Of a stretch of DNA of 27,564 nucleotides, positions 18,083-24,525 are shown in pieces. This stretch comes from Oscillospiraceae bacterium (lineage in GTDB: Bacteria > Bacillota > Clostridia > Oscillospirales > Oscillospiraceae), in NCBI GenBank assembly GCA_051867655.1, contig JBJDYV010000102.1:1-27564 (forward strand). Direction: 5' to 3'. Position numbers and translations under genes: made by a program. The first letter of the stretch is position 1. Every line of letters begins with the position of its first letter. The notes beneath the pieces were generated by a model. It ran no database searches and was not told where the DNA came from. It saw only the letters and a program-made list of their open reading frames with translations.

Positions 18083-18988
18083 ATGGCATTTTGCGTTAAC
18101 TGCGGGCATGAAGTTCCAGACGGCGCAAAATTCTGTGCAAACTGCGGTGCGGCGGTAAATAGTGCAAATTCCGGTGCGCAAAGAAAAACAGTCTATGAGG
18201 GTGAAATGCACAAGTGCCCTAATTGTGGCGAAGTTCTCAATTCTTTTGTATCTGTATGTCCAGCGTGCGGATATGAACTAAGAGGAACAAAAGCATCGAA
18301 TTCTGTTCATGAGTTTGCGCTAAGATTAGAGAGGGCGCAATCAGAGGAACAAAGAATTACGCTTATTCGCAATTTCCCTATTCCCAATACAAAAGAAGAT
18401 ATATTCGAGTTTATGATTCTTGCATCAACCAATATTTCTGGAGAATATCAAAAGATTGTTTTCGATGCGTGGTTGGCTAAGTTTGAGCAGAGCTATAAAA
18501 AAGCAAAGCTGGTTTTTAGCAATGATTCTGATTTTGTCAAGTTTCAAAGCATATACGAACAGACCAACAAACAGATTAGCAAAGAGAAAAACATCCGTAC
18601 CGCTAAGACCATAGGCAATACTATTTCCAAATCCGCGCCCGCTTTACCTCGAATTGCTGTGTCTATTGGCTGGCTTATAAGTATCTTTGTTTTGATCCCA
18701 CTATGTGGAAGTAATCTTGATGTTGCTGGAACTAACTCCTATCAATTATTGCTGATAGTCGATTTTATTGCGGGCGCAATCGTATTGCCGTGGATTATTA
18801 GAGGAAAATCAAGTATTCCAGCTCTAATTACAGCGGTTGGTTTGATGATAAGCATAGTTGTGTTAATTCCTTTGTGTGGAAAAAACTTGGATGTCGCCGG
18901 CACAAATGCTTATCAATTAATTTTGATTATTGATATTGTTGCGAGTGTTGTAATTTTTGTTCGGGCCTTTAAAAAGAGAAAAGGATAA
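18083..18988 (+). CDS. Double zinc-ribbon membrane protein with a C-terminal internally duplicated 2-TM hairpin (B. subtilis YdjG/YdjH-like architecture).
   Basis: Two CxxC...CxxC ribbons are present (CVNCG...CANCG; CPNCG...CPACG). Two roughly 45-aa repeats (ISIFVLIPLCGSNLDVAGTNSYQLLLIVDFIAGAIVLPWIIRGK and ISIVVLIPLCGKNLDVAGTNAYQLILIIDIVASVVIFVRAFKK) are about 70% identical. An AAGGAG RBS is present. Confidence 0.75.
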   Translation: MAFCVNCGHEVPDGAKFCANCGAAVNSANSGAQRKTVYEGEMHKCPNCGEVLNSFVSVCPACGYELRGTKASNSVHEFALRLERAQSEEQRITLIRNFPIPNTKEDIFEFMILASTNISGEYQKIVFDAWLAKFEQSYKKAKLVFSNDSDFVKFQSIYEQTNKQISKEKNIRTAKTIGNTISKSAPALPRIAVSIGWLISIFVLIPLCGSNLDVAGTNSYQLLLIVDFIAGAIVLPWIIRGKSSIPALITAVGLMISIVVLIPLCGKNLDVAGTNAYQLILIIDIVASVVIFVRAFKKRKG

Positions 18989-19009
18989 ATCTGCATAGGA
19001 GGATATTTC

Positions 19010-20368
19010 ATGAGTTTATTTGGTAAAAAAACCGGCGGATTCATGGACGAAATCCGCTGTGACGAACCGAATTATTTGATTTGGAAATGGCATCCTGCCG
19101 ACTCTCAGAAAGGCACGAACAACCGGGAAAATGCTATCCGGTGGGGATCTTCTCTGCGCGTAAAAGACGGCGAAGTAGCAGTATTTGTCTATAAGCAGAA
19201 AGACGGCACTATGCAGGATTTCATTGTTGGCCCATTCGACCAGATCATCGAAACCGCAAACTTCCCTGTATTGGCAAGCATCGTCGGCTTGGCCTATGAT
19301 GGCGGCACTCCGTTCCAAGCAGAGGTTTACTTCATCAATCTGGCGCGAATTATCCAAGTGAAGTTTGGCGTACCGTTCTTTGATGTTTATGACCCGAGAT
19401 TTGCCGATTTTGGCGTTCCTGTTGCTGTCAGAGGTACGGTCAGCTTCCAGATTTCCGACTATCGGGAGTTCATCAAGCTACATAGGCTCAACAGCTTCAA
19501 CTTGGAGGATTTCCAGAAGCAAATCCGCGATGCGGCATGCCGCTATGTCAAAGATGCTGTCGCTAACGCACCTGCCGCCAACAACATCCCCGTTGTCCAG
19601 ATTGAAAGCAAGACGGCGCAGATCAACGATGCCGTAGAGTACGATATTAGCGAACGTCTGAAAGAGGACTTTGGCGTCACGGTTTCCGGCGTTGATATTG
19701 GTGCGATTGAGATTGACAAATCCAGCGATGGATATGCTCAGCTTATGGCGATTACACAGCAAGCCACCGCCGCAACTGTGCAGGCACAGACCGCCGCTAA
19801 TATTAAGAATATCCATGATAAGCAGCGGATTGAAGCCGAGAACTACGAAGAAACGCTCCGTATTCAGCGTGAAGAAGCGCAGTATGCCCAGCATAAGCAG
19901 ACGCAGAGCGCCCACTTTACGGCATTCCAAGTGGAAAAACAAGCGGAAGTCGGCGTAGCTGGTGCGGAAGCACTGGGCCAAATGGGCGCAAACGGCGCTG
20001 GAACGGTTGATTTCGGCAGTGGTGGAACTGGCTTTAATCCCGCCGCTATGATGGCTGGCATGGCCGTTGGCGGCGCTATAGGTCAGAATATAGCTGGCAC
20101 GATGAATAACATGATGTCTGGCATGAACCAGCCGACAGGAACTACACCGCCGCCCGTTCCTGTTGTCGCGTACCATATCGCCGTGAACGGTCAGGCAACA
20201 GGGCCGTTTGACCTTGCCGTATTGAAGCAGATGGCCGTTTCTGGACAGCTTACGGCCAGCAGCTTGGTCTGGAAAGCTGGAATGAGCGAATGGGCCAAAG
20301 CAGAAACGGTTGACGAGTTAAACACTCTGTTTGCAAACGCAATGCCGCCTATTCCCCCTACTGAATGA
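19010..20368 (+). CDS. Soluble SPFH/band-7 family protein (B. subtilis YdjI-like, the so-called virion core protein family) with a C-terminal DUF4339/GYF-like domain.
   Basis: The N-terminal block has the family pattern (F.DEIRCDEP...LIWKWH...LRVKDGEVAVFV...GPFDQIIETANFPVL...FQAEVYFINL...FGVPFFDVYDPRF). A Q/A-rich coiled-coil linker and a Gly/Met-rich low-complexity segment follow, then a C-terminal DUF4339 signature (YHIAVNGQATGPFDLAVLKQMAVSGQLT..SLVWKAGMSEWAKAETV.EL). An AGGAGGA RBS is present. Confidence 0.8.
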   Translation: MSLFGKKTGGFMDEIRCDEPNYLIWKWHPADSQKGTNNRENAIRWGSSLRVKDGEVAVFVYKQKDGTMQDFIVGPFDQIIETANFPVLASIVGLAYDGGTPFQAEVYFINLARIIQVKFGVPFFDVYDPRFADFGVPVAVRGTVSFQISDYREFIKLHRLNSFNLEDFQKQIRDAACRYVKDAVANAPAANNIPVVQIESKTAQINDAVEYDISERLKEDFGVTVSGVDIGAIEIDKSSDGYAQLMAITQQATAATVQAQTAANIKNIHDKQRIEAENYEETLRIQREEAQYAQHKQTQSAHFTAFQVEKQAEVGVAGAEALGQMGANGAGTVDFGSGGTGFNPAAMMAGMAVGGAIGQNIAGTMNNMMSGMNQPTGTTPPPVPVVAYHIAVNGQATGPFDLAVLKQMAVSGQLTASSLVWKAGMSEWAKAETVDELNTLFANAMPPIPPTE

Positions 20369-20377
20369 GGGAATTCT

Positions 20378-20938
20378 ATGAAAGTTAAATCATTGAAATG
20401 CCCCGAATGTAGAGCGAACCTTGAAATCGAAGATGATCGCACATCTTGTTATTGTCAGTACTGCGGATGTAAAATCATTCTTGATGATGAAAAACAAGAG
20501 TACACCATCAACAAAAACATCAATGTAAACAAGAACATCCACAAGAGATATACTGATGATGCGGATGTAATCCGTGCCAAAAACGAAGCAAGTAAAGACA
20601 GCAGAGATTTCAAACAAATGCTCATTCTTTTGGGATTTATGATGCTGATTCCCATCAGCATTTTCCTTGGTTTGCATATCAATAAAACAATTGCACAATA
20701 TGAAGGAAAAATCAGCGCCGGCTATTACAAGGACTTAGTTGGCAAGGATTATGAAACGGTCGCGGCTCATTTTGAAGCTGCGGGGTTTACTAATATCGAA
20801 CTGATTGATTTGGATGATTCGGGTCTTGCGTTTTGGAATGAAGGAAAGGTAGATACCATTTCAGTTGGCGGCGATACAGATTTTGAGAGCGTAGACTGGT
20901 TTTATCCAGACACAAAAGTAGTTATTTCGTACCATTGA
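20378..20938 (+). CDS. Zinc-ribbon single-pass membrane protein with a C-terminal extracytoplasmic domain.
   Basis: An N-terminal CPEC...CQYCGC ribbon, one TM helix (MLILLGFMMLIPISIFLGL) and a roughly 90-aa C-terminal domain are present. The start sits 10 nt after the SPFH stop, with a GAGGGA RBS. Confidence 0.7.
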   Translation: MKVKSLKCPECRANLEIEDDRTSCYCQYCGCKIILDDEKQEYTINKNINVNKNIHKRYTDDADVIRAKNEASKDSRDFKQMLILLGFMMLIPISIFLGLHINKTIAQYEGKISAGYYKDLVGKDYETVAAHFEAAGFTNIELIDLDDSGLAFWNEGKVDTISVGGDTDFESVDWFYPDTKVVISYH

Positions 20939-20987
20939 AACTTTCCTTTTCGGAAATTCTCCTGGTTCCGCCAACTGAATAATGAAG

Positions 20988-21040
20988 AAAAAAGCACCCA
21001 CCCTGATTTCCAAGAGGAAAAGGGGGTGGGTGCTTTTTGT
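20988..21040 (+). terminator. Intrinsic terminator of the cargo operon (AAGCACCCACCC...GGGTGGGTGCTTTTTG), just inside the right IR.
   Basis: A 12-bp stem is followed by a T-run, and it sits 50 bp after the last cargo gene. Confidence 0.75.
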
Positions 21041-21051
21041 TAGACGCTCAA

Positions 21052-21070
21052 ATGCTTAAGTTAATGACAT
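21052..21070. repeat. Right terminal inverted repeat of the inserted element (GCTTAAGTTAATGACATTG).
   Basis: Its reverse complement matches the left end (14858-14876) at 16 of 19 positions. It is followed immediately by the GGTATGCCCG TSD (21071-21080). Confidence 0.7.
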
Positions 21071-21244
21071 TGGGTATGCCCGCCGGGCTTTTCTGAGACT
21101 GTTAAAAAAGTCTTTCGGACTTTTCCGACAAAAGAATGCAGCCCGCCGCAGCAATCATCGGGCGTTGCGCTGCTTTTCTTTCATTCTATGTCTGACAGAG
21201 CATTTAAAAATATTGAAGCTGGTATAATTCCCGAATTCACACCA

Positions 21245-21424
21245 TCATTTCTCTGTTTCCGCGTCTGAATCAGAATCCCTGCGTGTCTGACTTTCGGCCT
21301 GTTTCGCCTGTTTTTCCTTTTGGAATTGTGCAAAAAATTTTTCTCCGATCATGCATGTGAGCCGATCCGCCGTGCAAGCATTGCGGCAGCCGGGGCATTC
21401 AAAAAAATCCGGGTCGTACATCAT
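21245..21424 (-). CDS. Hypothetical 59-aa Cys-rich small protein (MMYDPDFFECPGCRNACTADRLTCMIGEKFFAQFQKEKQAKQAESQTRRDSDSDAETEK). It falls below the ORF-track cutoff.
   Basis: A GAAGGAA RBS is present. The protein has a CPGC-x3-C-x6-C metal-binding-like N-terminus and an acidic, Ser-rich tail. Its promoter carries the perfect palindrome TTGCAATAGATTGCAA over the -35 (about 21470-21500). Support comes from these reading-frame and signal cues only. Confidence 0.4.
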   Translation of the reverse strand: MMYDPDFFECPGCRNACTADRLTCMIGEKFFAQFQKEKQAKQAESQTRRDSDSDAETEK

Positions 21425-21567
21425 TCATCGTTCCTTCTCTGTTGAAATGCGCTTTCAAGACATCTTCATTTATAAAATATATCAAGAATTGCAATCTATT
21501 GCAACTGCTGTTTTTTATTTTGTGAAGTTGTTCTTGATCCGCTTTCCGGAAAAAAATTTTTGACAAG

Positions 21568-21600
21568 CTGAAGCCCGGCGGTATGCCCGCCGGGCTTTTC
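21568..21600. terminator. Intact GC-rich hairpin (AGCCCGGCGG-TATG-CCCGCCGGGCT, then TTTTCTTT). It is an intrinsic terminator downstream of eutQ and the second copy of the hairpin that the transposon split at 14841/21071.
   Basis: It is 30 bp identical to the rebuilt target of the insertion, and a T-run follows it on the plus strand. Confidence 0.6.
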
Positions 21601-21601
21601 T

Positions 21602-22036
21602 TTACCCCTGATTTTGCCAATCCGCCGGGTAGACGAAATACAGGAACCGCGCCCGCCCGGTAACGGAAAACTGGATGGACGACCCCTTGGGAATATAGAT
21701 GACCTCCCCCGGTTCGGCGGTGACGCGCTCCCCGCCAATGAGGATGGACAACTCGCCCTCGATGACATAGTCCATCTCATCGTAGTTCAGCTTCCAGGGG
21801 AAGGTGGTGTCCTCCATCTCCATCAGCCCCGCGCCCAGGCGGGGTGACTGCTCCAAAGTAAACAGGTCGTGGGTGTACACCCGGTCGTTCGGGTTTCCCG
21901 TGTCCATGCGGTCGGCCTCGGTGGCGCGCAGGGCGGGGACGGCCACTTTCCGCACGCCCCGCGCCGCGCTGCACTTACAGCCCAGTTTTTCCAGCAGCAC
22001 CTGGCGCACCAGGGCCTCCAATTCGGTCTTATCCAC
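21602..22036 (-). CDS. eutQ: Ethanolamine utilisation protein EutQ (cupin).
   Basis: A C-terminal cupin block is present (DYVIEGELSI...GEVIYIPKGSSIQF), with an amphipathic N-terminus. The GTG start overlaps the eutH stop (GTGGATAA) and an AAAGGA RBS is present. Confidence 0.8.
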   Translation of the reverse strand: MDKTELEALVRQVLLEKLGCKCSAARGVRKVAVPALRATEADRMDTGNPNDRVYTHDLFTLEQSPRLGAGLMEMEDTTFPWKLNYDEMDYVIEGELSILIGGERVTAEPGEVIYIPKGSSIQFSVTGRARFLYFVYPADWQNQG

Positions 22037-23114
22037 GTTCCACGTCCTTTCTGGTAATGAACATGGCCACCGCCACGGCGGTGACGCCGCCCACCAGCTT
22101 GCCCACGATCATGGGGAAGATCATGGTGGAGTCGAACCCGGCGGTAAAGCCCAGGTGGTCGCCGAACACGAAGGCGGCAGACACGGCGAAGGCCACGTTG
22201 AGGACCTTGCCCCGCTCATCCATCTCATGCATCATGCCGAACATGGGAATGTTGTTGGCCAGAGTGGCTACCATGCCGGCGGCCGCCTTGTCATTCATGC
22301 CCAGCAGGTGGCCCAGCTTCATCAGGGGCTTTTGGAACACCTTGGTGATGACATACACCAGCGGGAACGCGCCCGCCAGCACGATGGCGATGCCGCCCAC
22401 GGTCAGGTAGCCCTCGTCCAGGGAGGCCATGCCGGGAATGACCGTGATGCCGGTCAGGGCCTCGATGATGGAGGCGGCCAGGCCGATGGTGATGATGATC
22501 ACAATGATCCTGCCGAACACCTGAAAACCCTTGACCATACCGTTGGGAATCAGCCAAAGGCCCAGGGCGATCAGCACCGCGATGATGACGATGGGGATCA
22601 GGTTGCGCAGGATCATCAGCACGTTGAAGCCCGCCACCAGGCCGCCCACGAAGGAGCCGATGGGGATGGTGATGATGCCCGCCAGCACACCCCGGGCCAG
22701 AGCGCTCCGGTCCTCGGGCCTGATGATGCCCAGAGCCACCGGGATGGTAAACACGATGGTGGGACCCATCATGGCTCCCACGATCAGCCCGCCGAACTTC
22801 CCGGCTTCCTCGGTCTGGGCCAGCTCCATGGCCAGGGGTGCGCCGCCCATGTCGTTGGCCAGGATGGTACCCGCAAACACAGCGGGGTCGGCCCCCACCA
22901 GGTTAAACAGGGGCACCACCACCGGGCGCAGAAGGTTGGCCAGCACCGGCGCCAGGGTAATGATCCCGATCATGGACAGCGCCAGGCTGCCCATGGCGAG
23001 AATGCCCTCTTCAAATTTCTCGCCCAGCCCGAAGTGGTTGCCGATGATGCGGTCAATGGCGCCCAGGGCCATAAAGATCACCATGATATAGATGATGATT
23101 TCATTGATGGACAT
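22029..23114 (-). CDS. eutH: Ethanolamine permease EutH.
   Basis: It is a polytopic membrane protein with typical EutH-family sequence (MSINEIIIYIMVIFMALGAIDRIIGN...). The start at 23114 has an AAGGGGA RBS; the upstream in-frame extension is unlikely. Confidence 0.85.
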   Translation of the reverse strand: MSINEIIIYIMVIFMALGAIDRIIGNHFGLGEKFEEGILAMGSLALSMIGIITLAPVLANLLRPVVVPLFNLVGADPAVFAGTILANDMGGAPLAMELAQTEEAGKFGGLIVGAMMGPTIVFTIPVALGIIRPEDRSALARGVLAGIITIPIGSFVGGLVAGFNVLMILRNLIPIVIIAVLIALGLWLIPNGMVKGFQVFGRIIVIIITIGLAASIIEALTGITVIPGMASLDEGYLTVGGIAIVLAGAFPLVYVITKVFQKPLMKLGHLLGMNDKAAAGMVATLANNIPMFGMMHEMDERGKVLNVAFAVSAAFVFGDHLGFTAGFDSTMIFPMIVGKLVGGVTAVAVAMFITRKDVERG

Positions 23115-23315
23115 GGAACATGTCCCCTTTCTCAGTTGCCTCGCAGAGTTTCCGCCGAAGGCGGAAAAAATAATCCGTCCGGGCAGGACATGCGCCTGCG
23201 CAGGACACCTTAACTTGCGGCCATCGTGGCCGCAACCGCCTTTGCACAGCAAAGGCGAGGGGGGTATCGAAGCCGGGGGCTCCCGGCTTCGTATCTAGGG
23301 GGGACAAAGTCCCCC

Positions 23316-23561
23316 CTAGAGGGAGTCTACGATGCCCACAATGGCGGCGTCCACGGGGATGTCCCGCCCCGCCGCCACCCGGGCCGCGCCGCCGGTGGCC
23401 ACCAGGACGCGTTCGCCCTCCCCGGCGCCCACGCAGTCGGCGCAGATCAGGGTCTGCTCAGACCCGGCCAGGCGCACGGTCAGGAAGGCCTGTCCCACCA
23501 GCCGCGCCGCCTTTTTCGTCGCCCAGAGGTTTCCCTCCACCGTTCCTAACAACAATGACAC
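23316..23561 (-). CDS. eutN: BMC vertex (pentamer) protein EutN/CcmL/PduN family.
   Basis: The N-terminal G-x-V-x7-L-x4-L-x-V pattern and CADCVGAGEGERVLVATGGAAR match EutN/CcmL. Confidence 0.8.
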   Translation of the reverse strand: MSLLLGTVEGNLWATKKAARLVGQAFLTVRLAGSEQTLICADCVGAGEGERVLVATGGAARVAAGRDIPVDAAIVGIVDSL

Positions 23562-23802
23562 CCATCTCCCTCAGCTCCCGCTCCAGCACCACGAGCCGCC
23601 GGTACATCCCCAGGGGCGCGCTTTTGCGGTATTGTCGGTATTCCAGCCCGTCCCGCAGGGCATACACCCGGACCCCCGCCAGCAGGGCGGCGAGCACCTC
23701 GGTCTCCTCCCGCCCCCGGGGGGCGCAGTTCACCAGCCGCCCCATGGCGTCCACCGGCAGCCGTGTGATCCAGAGAGTTCGGCCACGCCATTCGGCTGTC
23801 AC
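23458..23802 (-). CDS. Hypothetical 114-aa eut-operon protein, sitting in the position of the conserved unknown between pduL and eutN in Firmicutes eut loci. Its 3' end overlaps eutN by about 100 nt.
   Basis: Its ATG overlaps the pduL stop (ATGA), which suggests coupled translation. The first 80 or so residues look protein-like (RLVVLERELREMGVIVV). The tail that overlaps eutN is a Gly-rich, low-complexity read-through. Confidence 0.4.
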   Translation of the reverse strand: MTAEWRGRTLWITRLPVDAMGRLVNCAPRGREETEVLAALLAGVRVYALRDGLEYRQYRKSAPLGMYRRLVVLERELREMGVIVVRNGGGKPLGDEKGGAAGGTGLPDRAPGRV

Positions 23803-24410
23803 AGAATGATCATGCTCCGGTCGCCCTTTTTGAAGCCGCAGGCGTTGGCCTCGTCGTAGTCCAGATGGACCATGGTGGCATATTTGGGGGAGACGCGCAC
23901 CACCACGTCGTCAAAGACCAGGGGGCGGGCGGTGAAGGTCTTTAGCTTCACCGTCTGGTTGTCGGACACGCCCCACCGGGCGGCGTCTTCCGGAGTCATG
24001 TGGATGTGCCGCAGGGCCGCGATCAGGCCGTGATCCAGAGTGATCATCCGCTCGCCGTTGCGCACGGTCAGGCCCGGCGTGTTTTTCAGGTCGCCGCTCT
24101 GCCGCACCGGCGGCGTGATGCCCAGAGCCACCGCGTCGGTCAGGGAGATCTCCACCTGGCTCTCGCTCCGCTCCGGGCCGAGCACCACCACGTTTTTCAG
24201 CTCCCCCTTCGGCCCCACCAGAGTCACCCGCTCCTGGCAGGCGAACTGGCCGGGCTGGGACAGGTCCTTGACCGGGGTCAGGCGGTGGCCCGTGCCGAAC
24301 AGGGCGTCCACATGGGCGCGGGACAGGTGGATGTGCCGTCCCGAGGCCTCCATTTCAATGGTCAGCAGGCGGACGATCTCTGCCGCCAGAGCGTCAACAC
24401 TTACGTTCAT
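23799..24410 (-). CDS. pduL: Phosphate propanoyl/acetyl-transferase PduL (EutD-analog).
   Basis: Two PduL repeats with the characteristic RHIH motif are present (GRHIHLSRAHVDALFG and LRHIHMTPEDAARWG). Confidence 0.8.
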   Translation of the reverse strand: MNVSVDALAAEIVRLLTIEMEASGRHIHLSRAHVDALFGTGHRLTPVKDLSQPGQFACQERVTLVGPKGELKNVVVLGPERSESQVEISLTDAVALGITPPVRQSGDLKNTPGLTVRNGERMITLDHGLIAALRHIHMTPEDAARWGVSDNQTVKLKTFTARPLVFDDVVVRVSPKYATMVHLDYDEANACGFKKGDRSMIIL

Positions 24411-24525
24411 ACTTTCCCGCCTCTAAGCAAACCCGCACAATTGCATCTGCGGCGTCTTGCGGGAATTTGCGCGGCATGAATGCGCAACTTTTTCTCGAAA
24501 TACACCAAGTATGTCTTCAAAAAAG

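Larger units (their letters stand above)
14858..21070. mobile_element. Transposon-like insertion of about 6.2 kb (tIS-like) carrying an IS4-family DDE transposase and a five-gene cargo operon. It has 19-bp imperfect terminal inverted repeats (left CAATGTCAATAAGTTAGGC, right CAATGTCATTAACTTAAGC as reverse complement) and a 10-bp TSD.
   Basis: Terminal IRs match at 16 of 19 positions and the flanking GGTATGCCCG is a perfect direct repeat. GC content drops abruptly inside. The target, a hairpin, is split into two halves by the insert. Confidence 0.7.

Noticed and set aside
23115-23315. ANTAR (EutV) antiterminator sites or an AdoCbl riboswitch in the eutN-eutH spacer.
   Set aside because: ANTAR substrates are pairs of short hexaloop hairpins followed by a terminator. 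The hairpins here have long GC stems, 3-7-nt loops without the conserved A/G loop positions, and no downstream U-tract terminator. No cobalamin-riboswitch B12-box is present.
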